Of a stretch of DNA of 54,954 bases, positions 43,401-51,147 are shown piece after piece. Position numbers and translations under genes: made by a program. The notes beneath the pieces were generated by a model, which was not told the DNA's origin, did not search any database, and worked only from the letters and a program-made list of their open reading frames with translations. The stretch's first letter is position 1. The number at the start of each line of letters is the position of its first letter. This stretch comes from an uncultured Clostridia bacterium (GTDB lineage: Bacteria > Bacillota > Clostridia > Christensenellales > CAG-917): contig CANDBF010000004.1 in assembly GCA_947382865.1 (NCBI GenBank), forward strand, positions 1 to 54,954. The letters run 5' to 3'.

Positions 43401-45045
43401 CGGCACGTTTAAGTACAAAACCTCTGCGGACAGCGCAGAGTGGACGGACGTCGTATCCACCTCCAAGGCGGACTGCGATATGAACGCCGACTATATCGAC
43501 TCCGTGAAGACGCACACCAAAAACGGCGTTACGGTGACTATGCTCACCCAGACCAAACCCGTATATCTGCCCCTTATCGACCTCGGTCTCGCCTGCCTTA
43601 CGCACGGCGAAATCGAATATGATATAGACAAGAACAACAAGGATATCCCCTTTGTTTACGGCGACCGCGACAACGCGGCGAAGAACAGCGTCGTGTACTG
43701 GAACGTGACTACGGTCACCGTCACTGGGCTCACCGCGGGCACAACCTATTATTACGACCTCGAAGGCTCGTACGCGAACGGCAGTAAAACGGCGCAGTTC
43801 TCTCTTGCTCAAAACAGCGGAAAGCAGTACTACACGTTCACGACGGCGGCGGACGACAGCGTGACCGCGTTTGAGTTCCTTACGATTGCCGATATTCAGG
43901 GAATGATACAGGGCATGTACGACGACAGCTATAATGCGGTCAAGGCTCTGCTTGCCGACGAGAGAACCAAGGATTTCGATTTCATCCTCAACGCAGGCGA
44001 TATGTGCGACAACGGCAAGAACTTCAACCAGTGGGCATATGCTCTTAATACGTATCAGGATTTGTTTGCAAACTCCTCTATGTTCTTTACGTCGGGCAAT
44101 CACGAGGACGGAAGCAACGCTATGCTCAACTACTTCAACTACACATTGCCCACAGGTACGGACAACAAGCCTCTTCAAAAGGACAATCTGAAAGACGGCG
44201 TATTCTACTCGTTCAACTATGCAAACGCGCACTTCGTCGTTTTGAATACCAATGACGCCAATTCCTCCGGACTCGGAGAAGTTCAGCTCAACTGGCTTAC
44301 AAACGACCTTGCAAACAGCACCGCAAAGTGGAAGTTCGTGCTTATGCACAAGAGCCTGTACAGCGGCGGTTCGCACTCCACCGACGCGGAGGTCGTCGCA
44401 ATGCGCAAACAGCTTGTGCCTCTGTTCAAGCAGTACGGAGTCAACATAGTGTTTGGCGGACACGACCACACCTATACGTCCACGTATCTGCTTGACGGCA
44501 ACGGCAATATCACCGACAAGAGCAAGAGCGGCAACGTGCAGTATACGAGCGGCGACGGCGTGCTTTATATCACGCTCGGCACTATGGGAACGAAGTTCTA
44601 CAACTACAAGGAGAACCCCGACGTAACGCCCAAGTTCGACGGAACGTCCAGCATACTCAACACTCTCGATACCCAGACGTTCGGAAAGGTGGTTGTCGAC
44701 GGCGATACGCTGACCTACACCGGCTATCTCTACAATAGAGAAACAAATGCAATCGAGGTCATCCACAACGAGAACGCGCCCAAGACCAACACTCTGGCAA
44801 TCGTACTCGGCATTATCATACCTGTTGTAATAATCGCGGCTGTCGTGATTGTACTCGCGGTGCTCAAAAAGAAGGGCGTCATAGGCAAAAAGAACAGCGC
44901 AACCGAAGGTAACGGAAACGAAACTCAATCCGCGGATGCCGATTGCTCTGCACCTCAAACCGCAGACGAACCCGAGACCGATAGCGAACCGATAGGCGCT
45001 CCCGAAGAACCTAAGGTTGATTCGGATACCGATACGAACGATTAA
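40447..45045 (+). CDS. Large secreted, C-terminally anchored protein with two metallophosphoesterase domains (second is purple-acid-phosphatase-like, preceded by an FN3-like module)
   Basis: Signal peptide; first motif set SDIH/GDL/GNHD/HHN/GHMH; second set DIQG/GDM/GNHE/MHK/GHDH; C-terminal TM, KKKG and an acidic tail. ATG at 40447 after AGGAGG. Confidence 0.85.
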   Translation: MRTNATKRASFALALLLAVTFVFALGFTVYDGVTFAADATPQLETEITVGHMSDIHYFPLEYCYTTDVDSDVYKATDFYYAMTGDTKLVLESGMTLNAAIKSILKDADDQKAPQYLVTSGDLCKNGERVALIDVANTLRYLQNEMRKKAGYSNFQVFATVGNHDLYNQNGEIYSKEDGSGRVADILNSAQFALVFAGLGYPDATLDGANGTVNLTDYLPADYWSSAYTNGYVTSANATNIKYHYYSADLAAVESAATSAEKMACYYNLGDGLGQLTYIAELTDSANKGYSFIAIDSSDRELSETGAPSRISKAEYNALSNKPQLVVETNGIIDTKHPVSSSVAFANANNKVYRLTKYTHITGGRITEDCLEWIEAYASTQTGDKTTLGEETMISTFHHNVLPHFEQEDDILKDFTLYNWEYTAKRFLDMGIRYALTGHMHASDIMTYTDVEGRTLYDFETGSTISYASPRRYIAFKRFNCDGKLGEQTHSSVNILSSLKEVSDNISTTADWNQSAMDAYKANPTDANWNALLAANPEYLTYCIRYDELSSMSYNEFISKDIYSIIVERMVNHFITDRTLDSLKDTVGNVLVGLDSSMVGSILSYIKVNGDLLNKGVQYILDVVLNSLYGEGGYPYNGKTYDTALDYVHAIIDDVLNLQFGDESISSAVNPDNKGKMNVKQIASFIMMSHSAGTEISLSETNASIDSNFTENACGSNTYGFMQPTDKTYRKRMLAAIKDLDTQLKNGQFVDTLLNMLLDPLFNNEDSLLKTLINYSFDLRNAVTSGFMTQSEYDKLEAGFRTLSTDKTVKLLIKNVAQNEYGITLPSDFTLNVNAQDFCLGRIINDLLPVAKPLIADMMGFNMDGDNLIGIVANLLDSYVTPSFKVGLGGIADNIVMAFATDVYPDLADMNDPTADYIIQPYAEYKFGTEKMSYVSSKNVMSSVGATFNAATQANGRVPSRVTSNFDTKNSTTSYTFKFYTEENVYGTFKYKTSADSAEWTDVVSTSKADCDMNADYIDSVKTHTKNGVTVTMLTQTKPVYLPLIDLGLACLTHGEIEYDIDKNNKDIPFVYGDRDNAAKNSVVYWNVTTVTVTGLTAGTTYYYDLEGSYANGSKTAQFSLAQNSGKQYYTFTTAADDSVTAFEFLTIADIQGMIQGMYDDSYNAVKALLADERTKDFDFILNAGDMCDNGKNFNQWAYALNTYQDLFANSSMFFTSGNHEDGSNAMLNYFNYTLPTGTDNKPLQKDNLKDGVFYSFNYANAHFVVLNTNDANSSGLGEVQLNWLTNDLANSTAKWKFVLMHKSLYSGGSHSTDAEVVAMRKQLVPLFKQYGVNIVFGGHDHTYTSTYLLDGNGNITDKSKSGNVQYTSGDGVLYITLGTMGTKFYNYKENPDVTPKFDGTSSILNTLDTQTFGKVVVDGDTLTYTGYLYNRETNAIEVIHNENAPKTNTLAIVLGIIIPVVIIAAVVIVLAVLKKKGVIGKKNSATEGNGNETQSADADCSAPQTADEPETDSEPIGAPEEPKVDSDTDTND

Positions 45046-45061
45046 CCAAAAATAAAATTAT

Positions 45062-45093
45062 AAAAAATACACACCCTGCGGTGTGTATTTTTT
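45062..45093 (+). terminator. Intrinsic terminator separating the phosphoesterase gene from the + strand cassette
   Basis: AAAAAATACACACC-ctgc-GGTGTGTATTTTTT. Confidence 0.85.
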
Positions 45094-45253
45094 TATTGCG
45101 ATTTCCGATTTATATCTGACCTCCTGATAATATGCCTTAAATATAACTTCAACGTTTTTCTTCAATTTAACACTCGGACATGTCGTTTTCATTGCAATTT
45201 TCCTTATCAGTTATAGTCTTCATCAGAGCCTATTTGATTTCACGGCAAAACTG

Positions 45254-45449
45254 TGCGTAAAATCGACATTTTGCGTAAACATCGACGGCAAAGAAAGCCA
45301 AAGAACGGCAGATTAAACGGGAAAATACCTAAAAGGTATGAAATAAAAGGAGAAGATTATGAAAAAGAAAGGATTGATTATTTCAACAGTCGTAATGGTT
45401 GTTGTCCTGATCGCTTCACTCACCACGGCGACCTACGCTTGGTTTACCG
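45254..45449 (+). repeat. Left arm of a 196-bp perfect inverted repeat (105 bp upstream sequence plus first 91 nt of CDS)
   Basis: Reverse complement of 47310-47505; no mismatch found by eye. Identity stops abruptly at both ends. Confidence 0.95.
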
Positions 45450-46375
45450 TGTCCTCGACCACAACGGTTGACGGCTTCAATCTTGAAGTTGTTTCAAGCA
45501 ACATTCTTAACATTGGATTAAAGGCAAACACAACTTATGAAGATGACGCTTCTGCAAGCTCGTTTGTCAGCGGAAACTGTACATACGCCGGCACAGCAGG
45601 CTCATTGACAGGCACTTGGACCGGCGACTCCGGACTTGCGGCGACAGTTTCTCATAACATCATTTATTCCAACGTATCAAAGGCAGTAGGCGTAACGACG
45701 GCAGCGAATGTAACGGACGCGACGATTGCAAATACTACCGCTTTCCCAAATAGCGCGCCAATGCCTGAGAATGCTACTATTATCGCAGCTCAAAAAGGCG
45801 AAAGCGCAGGCGCTTTGACCCAGCAAACAGCCGCTGTGGCAAACGGCACCAAATCGAATGGAGCAGACATAACTGCTGACATTTCTGCTGACTTCGCATA
45901 TCTGTTCCTCGGCGCTTCTCCGACAGCAGAAATCGAAACAGGCACGAACAAACTTTATATCGTAATTCAAACGACAGGCAACGGTACTACAATCGGTATT
46001 TCGGCAGGTATGCACGTCGCATATAGATTGAACGGTGCCGAAAACTGGACTGACGTTGACGTATTCGGCGAGACGGCTTATACTGCCACAAGAACATCGA
46101 CGACTTGCGAGGTTCCTTTCAACATTGCTGGAACGGGTACGGGAAATGTTACTGCCGGCGATATTAGCGGCAACTATAACGATACCACAAATAAAACCAG
46201 TTTGACGGGTGCGGCAGTTACTGCAATAGAATTGTCCGACGGATTGGCAATCGGAGCAATCGACCAGATTGAACTTGTAATTTATCTTGCAGGTTCTGAC
46301 ACAAACTGTATAGACGCGGCTAAGGGCGTGAAGGTCAATGTGGGCATTTTCTTCGGCGCGCAGGCAAAAGCGTAA
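45359..46375 (+). CDS. SipW-type signal peptide protein (TasA/CalY-like surface fibre subunit), paralogue 1, putatively silent position
   Basis: MKKK, hydrophobic stretch, TTATYAWF; Thr/Ala/Gly-rich beta-type body; C-terminal ELVIYLAGSDTNC. Family assignment is from motifs only. Confidence 0.75.
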   Translation: MKKKGLIISTVVMVVVLIASLTTATYAWFTVSSTTTVDGFNLEVVSSNILNIGLKANTTYEDDASASSFVSGNCTYAGTAGSLTGTWTGDSGLAATVSHNIIYSNVSKAVGVTTAANVTDATIANTTAFPNSAPMPENATIIAAQKGESAGALTQQTAAVANGTKSNGADITADISADFAYLFLGASPTAEIETGTNKLYIVIQTTGNGTTIGISAGMHVAYRLNGAENWTDVDVFGETAYTATRTSTTCEVPFNIAGTGTGNVTAGDISGNYNDTTNKTSLTGAAVTAIELSDGLAIGAIDQIELVIYLAGSDTNCIDAAKGVKVNVGIFFGAQAKA

Positions 46376-46391
46376 TCATGAAAAAATCAAT

Positions 46392-46423
46392 AAAAAATAC
46401 CGCTCGAAAGAGCGGTATTTTTT
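46392..46423. terminator. Bidirectional terminator shared by the two convergent paralogues
   Basis: AAAAAATACCGCTC-GAAA-GAGCGGTATTTTTT. Confidence 0.9.
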
Positions 46424-46440
46424 TATTGTGATATTGTCTA

Positions 46441-47400
46441 TTATGCAGCAATCACGTCGGTCACAAAGTTGATGTGAATGAGTGCGGAGGAACCCATAGA
46501 CGCATTGTTGCAGTCAGAATCATAACCCGCGATGAAAACAACGATTTCAAGCTGATTGATTTTCTCACCCGTCAACGCCGTCGTGTTCGTATCGGAACCT
46601 TCAACGTCGATTTTGATGGACTGTGCGCCTGTCATATTCTTGGGAGTGGTGCCGTCGGTATCCATAACAACATTGGGATTTGCATTTACTATGCTTGTAG
46701 AGCTCTTAGGCGTGGTGTAATGAATATTTCCATAAATGTCAGCTTCTTGCCAGTTGCCGCCATTGAGTCTGTATCTTACATGAATAGCCGCGTTCATACC
46801 GAGAGTAGCTTTGTTGCCCGTGGGCTCAACCGTGATTACGCAACCGATGGATTTGAGGTTGGGAGCAACAGCCTGTACGCCCATTGCAAGAGATATGTAG
46901 TCGCCTGCTTTAACGGTCGTGCCGTCAGCTTCTTTACCTGCGTTCATAATTGCAGCTTCCGCACTGCTGTTTTCAGCCGTAGCGCCGTTACCGGAAGCTC
47001 TTACGACATTAGCCTCGTTTGCTTCAACCCATTGCGTGGCGTCAACAGTGTAGTTTTCACCCACTTTCACTGCTGTGGAGATTGCCTTAGAAACCTGTAT
47101 CGCGGGCAGATTGGTGTTGAGAGTGGAAGACAATGCCTTATCGCCCGTCCATTTTTCAGCCGCCGCGCCGTCCCAAGTGAGAGAACCGTTGACGAAATCG
47201 TCCATAGTGGCATCCGCTTTATAAGCATTGGTCTTCGCCATACCGATAGCGACATCGGAACCTGCTACAACGGACATCGTGATATCGTTTACGGATACCG
47301 TAGAGCCCGCGGTAAACCAAGCGTAGGTCGCCGTGGTGAGTGAAGCGATCAGGACAACAACCATTACGACTGTTGAAATAATCAATCCTTTCTTTTTCAT
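46441..47400 (-). CDS. SipW-type signal peptide protein (TasA/CalY-like surface fibre subunit), paralogue 2, putatively expressed position
   Basis: First 30 aa identical to paralogue 1, then divergent with shared blocks (FV.G, WTGD, VSKA, HV.YRLNG..NW, AG.D..C). Confidence 0.75.
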   Translation of the reverse strand: MKKKGLIISTVVMVVVLIASLTTATYAWFTAGSTVSVNDITMSVVAGSDVAIGMAKTNAYKADATMDDFVNGSLTWDGAAAEKWTGDKALSSTLNTNLPAIQVSKAISTAVKVGENYTVDATQWVEANEANVVRASGNGATAENSSAEAAIMNAGKEADGTTVKAGDYISLAMGVQAVAPNLKSIGCVITVEPTGNKATLGMNAAIHVRYRLNGGNWQEADIYGNIHYTTPKSSTSIVNANPNVVMDTDGTTPKNMTGAQSIKIDVEGSDTNTTALTGEKINQLEIVVFIAGYDSDCNNASMGSSALIHINFVTDVIAA

Positions 47401-47505
47401 AATCTTCTCCTTTTATTTCATACCTTTTAGGTATTTTCCCGTTTAATCTGCCGTTCTTTGGCTTTCTTTGCCGTCGATGTTTACGCAAAATGTCGATTTT
47501 ACGCA
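47310..47505 (-). repeat. Right arm of the 196-bp perfect inverted repeat
   Basis: Reverse complement of 45254-45449. Confidence 0.95.
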
Positions 47506-47610
47506 ATCTTTCGAGCTCACTCACTTTTTAGAATGGCTTCAATCTCAACCCGCCACCACAATTATATGCAGTAAAATCAAAAAGTAGGCAGAACTGTCAC
47601 GCACATAGAG

Positions 47611-47639
47611 ATTATATATCACGCTCATATGTGTGTCAA
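47611..47639 (-). promoter_or_regulatory. Consensus sigma-A promoter driving the cassette expression site
   Basis: Minus strand TTGACA-CACATATGAGCGTGATA (17 bp)-TATAAT, about 105 bp outside the right repeat arm. Confidence 0.88.
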
Positions 47640-47787
47640 TAGTCAAAAAATAACTTTTTCTTGAACATCCACATTAATTCGACGTTATTAGACAACTGAA
47701 CATTATTTTTCATACAATCCGAGCATATCGTCAAACGGTATTTATTCTGCCGATTTTTTTCGCTCGGCGTTTGTCCACACCGCTTTA

Positions 47788-49059
47788 TCAATATGAAACG
47801 AAATCTATCCCCAATTTGACAAAGCCGCCGAGCGCCGAGTCCACGCAATCGAAATCACTACCCTCGAGCCATATGCAAACATAACAGTACATAATATCTC
47901 CGACAGCCAGAACGGTGTGGCGCTTGAACACCGCTTCATCGCTTTCAAAAGGCGTGGTGGCAAAATAACCCGCCTCCTGCGCTTCGTCATACGCCGAACC
48001 CGTAAGCGTGCGCTCGTACGCGCGCAAATCATAGGTGCTGCTCTTTGGGTCGTCCGAACCCAATGGATACGCGCAATATTCAAGATATCCCATCTCGGGA
48101 GTGCGGTTGTAATTTATGTTGGTATCTGCAAGGCGCGGATTGCGGCTGAGCGCGGCATAAACCTCCACGTTGGTCTGCTCCGCGGTCAAATCCGAGCTCT
48201 TGAAGCTCTCCGCCCACATTACTCTCACAGCGTCCTGCAAATTTCGGTCATCGTTGTCCAAAGTCATCACGTAATCGATATCCGCGTCGAATTTGCCCGT
48301 ATTTTTCACCAAGAAAACAAAGCGGATGTAGTTTTCTCCGTTTATCACGCCAAGCTCGGGTGAAGCTATGCACAGTCTCTCGCGCACCTGCGCCATCGTT
48401 TCGGTATGTTCGCCCTTATAAATCGGATTATAACTGATATTCCAAATTTTGTCGGGACCTTCCGCGTTCAGATACGGAGTCCACATGCTGCCGTCGAGCG
48501 AAAGCGAAATCGACTTGTCCTGTTGAGACTTTGCGGTGATACGGACGTTGTTTTCCTGTACAAAAAGCAGCATTACGTAAACGACAGAGGTCACTACAAG
48601 TGCGAATACGAGCATAATCACGATAGCCTGCTTGAATTTGCGACGGATTTCCTCTCGCTTTACTTTTTTGGAAGCGACAATGGAATCCTCCCACTCCTTT
48701 TGCATCTTGGCATTGGATTTGGGGTTTTGGGGAGACTCTTCGTCCTTGCCTTTTTTGCCTTTCTTCCCTTTCTTATCGGGATCATTTCCTCCGCCGTCGG
48801 CAGCGTTATCGGAAGTATCGGACTCGCCGCCCGCAGGATTGGAAGCATCTGCTTTATCGGAATCGTCTAAATTGTCGGGCGCTGTATCGGGCGCGGGCGT
48901 CTTATTGTCCGACGGCGCGTCGGTTTTTTCAGGCGCGGAAGAACCCGAAGCGCTCTGCTTCGTTTCAAGCGTATCCGACGAGGGCGCCGACTGCCCGTCG
49001 GCGGATTTGGAATTTTCCTCTCCCTCGGATTGAACTTTGGTCTTTTCTTCTTCTGCCAT
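47788..49059 (-). CDS. Membrane-anchored protein: acidic disordered N-tail, one TM, extracellular domain related to the cassette proteins
   Basis: ~140 aa low-complexity N-terminus, TM AIVIMLVFALVVTSVVYVMLLFV, then SISLSLDG..W, FLVKNTG, DAVRV, CIWLEGSDFDC. Confidence 0.75.
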   Translation of the reverse strand: MAEEEKTKVQSEGEENSKSADGQSAPSSDTLETKQSASGSSAPEKTDAPSDNKTPAPDTAPDNLDDSDKADASNPAGGESDTSDNAADGGGNDPDKKGKKGKKGKDEESPQNPKSNAKMQKEWEDSIVASKKVKREEIRRKFKQAIVIMLVFALVVTSVVYVMLLFVQENNVRITAKSQQDKSISLSLDGSMWTPYLNAEGPDKIWNISYNPIYKGEHTETMAQVRERLCIASPELGVINGENYIRFVFLVKNTGKFDADIDYVMTLDNDDRNLQDAVRVMWAESFKSSDLTAEQTNVEVYAALSRNPRLADTNINYNRTPEMGYLEYCAYPLGSDDPKSSTYDLRAYERTLTGSAYDEAQEAGYFATTPFESDEAVFKRHTVLAVGDIMYCYVCIWLEGSDFDCVDSALGGFVKLGIDFVSY

Positions 49060-49152
49060 ATCCTATATAAATGCTTGCGCGTTTTATACTATCTATATTT
49101 GTCTTCTATAATCCATATATATAATAGTCCGACCGCTTATATTCCGCGCCCG

Positions 49153-50946
49153 TCAGAAACGGTGATAGCTTCCGTCGTCCGCAAAATATCCGAACGGCAC
49201 CCACTTGCCGAGCTTATCGTCGAAGTAGCCGTTGTCTATAATCTCGCCGTCGGGAGCGGTGTAGGTATAATCTATCCACCTGCCCTCTTCGTCGAAGTAG
49301 CCGTCGTAAACCTTGCCGTCTTTATCCACCCACTGACCGCGCTCGTTGTAGTGTCCTTCCTGCTCGCTGTCGAATTGCTCGTACTCTATCCACTTGCCTT
49401 CCAAATCAAAATAGCCGTTGTAAACGTTTCCTTCCTCGTCCACCCACTGACCCTTCTCGTTGTAGCTTCCGATAAGTGACGGCGCGTCCTTTTCCTCGCC
49501 GGCGATTTTCAGAGTTACGCCTATGCCTTTGGGTTTGGACATATTCAAACCCTTTATGCCGCTTGTCATGCCGAGCTCGCCGAACAAACCGTCCGAACGA
49601 TACTCTTCGAGCAGCTTGTTGTGCTTTTCGATATCGGCGTGCACAGATTTCCTGTTTTGAGGCTTGCTCTTGCCTCCCTCCGCCGGCGCCTCGGGACGTA
49701 CGGGTGCGAATACCCCGCTTTCGTTCACGTCCAGATACGCTCTTCCGTCTTTATCGGTACGGACGTCTGTTTCGGCGGTCGCGTCCTTATCCTTCCTGTC
49801 CGAGCCTTCCGCCGCCTCGGCGCCGCGGCTCTTTTCAAAATTGAAAGATAGCGAAAGCGCGCTCTGCAAATCTCCCGTAAAATGCAGACGCGTCTGCTCC
49901 GCGATACTACGAAGATCCTCCGCGCTCAAATCCGCCTGCTGCGCGACAAGTCGGACCTCCGCAAGACGCTTTGCGGCAAGTCTCTGCTGTTCCAATCTGA
50001 CCTGATAAGGAGACTTTGCCAGCTCCGGTCTTGCGGAAACGGGCATGACTCCGTTTTCGTCGGCGGCTTTCGCCTTTTCTATCGCCGCGTTTCTAAGCGC
50101 CGTCAATTCCGCAAGCTCCGCGCGCTCCTTTGCGTCAAGCTCCTTTTTGAGTTTGAGCAGATACGCGTCTCTCTTCTCGCCGACGGGTTCGGGTAGGAAT
50201 AAAAACTCGTTCGTCACCCAACGGGACAGCTTGGATACGGCTCTGCCCGTTGCGAGCTTAACTCCCTCGCGCCTGAATCTCGCAAGCTGACCGGGGGTGT
50301 CCACACCTTCCATAATCATCGTGATTTTGTTGGAGTTGCAAAAGCGCAGCAACATAGAAAGCAGCTTCTTCTTGCCCTGCGAGGAATCGAAGAATTGCGC
50401 CTCGCAGCGTATATAATCGAACGTCACTCCCGCAAAAATATCAATCGAATTGAAATCCTCTCCAAATTGCGCGACCGCGGTTTTATATCCCGCACGGCGC
50501 AAACGGTTGTAGCGCTTCTTCGCCTCGCCGTCTATCCTTACAAGCGACGTCCCGTAAAAGGAGAGCACAATGCTTCCTTTTTTGTAGTTGTTGTCTTTGA
50601 GTGTGGAAAGCAAAATTTCAAAATCCTGTTCATTCTCCAAAAATCTGGTTGAAATAGGCAATCCGTATACGGTGTTGTCGGGAATAAGAAAATTTTCTTT
50701 CATCACCAGATGATAGTTTTTAAGCTCTTCCAGAGCGATGATGTTCAACTCGTTTATTCTTACGGAATTTTCCGCAACCGCAAAATAATTGCACACGTTA
50801 AGACGACCGAGATAGCGGTCGTTCAAAATCTGAAAAGCATCGACGAAAACGACCTTTTTCACCTTGGACTTTATGTCTACAACTCCGCGGAAAAAAATGT
50901 CGATAGGCTTGTATTGCACTCTCTTGGCGTATGTCGTGGAATTCAT
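49153..50946 (-). CDS. Degenerate EAL-domain protein with coiled coil and C-terminal aromatic/Gly repeats
   Basis: AVAQFGED..S...FDYIRCE..F, IMEGVDTPGQL, LATG..VSK match an EAL fold with catalytic residues lost; C-terminal G.Y...GQWVD..G.VY.GYFD..G.W repeats. Start at 50946. Confidence 0.72.
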   Translation of the reverse strand: MNSTTYAKRVQYKPIDIFFRGVVDIKSKVKKVVFVDAFQILNDRYLGRLNVCNYFAVAENSVRINELNIIALEELKNYHLVMKENFLIPDNTVYGLPISTRFLENEQDFEILLSTLKDNNYKKGSIVLSFYGTSLVRIDGEAKKRYNRLRRAGYKTAVAQFGEDFNSIDIFAGVTFDYIRCEAQFFDSSQGKKKLLSMLLRFCNSNKITMIMEGVDTPGQLARFRREGVKLATGRAVSKLSRWVTNEFLFLPEPVGEKRDAYLLKLKKELDAKERAELAELTALRNAAIEKAKAADENGVMPVSARPELAKSPYQVRLEQQRLAAKRLAEVRLVAQQADLSAEDLRSIAEQTRLHFTGDLQSALSLSFNFEKSRGAEAAEGSDRKDKDATAETDVRTDKDGRAYLDVNESGVFAPVRPEAPAEGGKSKPQNRKSVHADIEKHNKLLEEYRSDGLFGELGMTSGIKGLNMSKPKGIGVTLKIAGEEKDAPSLIGSYNEKGQWVDEEGNVYNGYFDLEGKWIEYEQFDSEQEGHYNERGQWVDKDGKVYDGYFDEEGRWIDYTYTAPDGEIIDNGYFDDKLGKWVPFGYFADDGSYHRF

Positions 50947-51147
50947 ACTTCCCCCAAAACTCCGTCGCGCAGCATAATGCACAGTGCTGATATACTTATA
51001 TAAGCATATCAAACATTGTGTACATTTGCAATATTTTTTTCATTCGCGCCCGCCGTTACGCCGAAAACACGTACGTAACACGACTTAAAGCGCTCAAATT
51101 ATGCGGTTATATCAAAATATATTTTATACGATTAGAATATCGGTTTA

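Noticed and set aside
40435-44958. Long antisense ORFs (40435..41913, 43333..44958; likewise 221..868, 22460..23839, 30846..32054, 46474..47343)
   Set aside because: Shadow frames opposite well-supported genes, expected from codon bias.
45253-45471. ORFs 45253..45471(+) and 47219..47524(-) sharing the peptide RKIDILRKHRRQ...
   Set aside because: They are alternative frames across the inverted repeat; their identity is explained by the DNA repeat and they have no RBS or protein features.
47311-47325. AAACCAAG resembling the hix/gix invertase core
   Set aside because: It is the reverse complement of the Ala-Trp-Phe codons, and the symmetric second half site is missing.
47400-47610. c-di-GMP riboswitch in the long leader of the expressed subunit
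   Set aside because: GAAA and GGCAAA words occur, but the class I two-stem consensus (GGCAAACC..GAAA..GACGCAAAGC) cannot be built.
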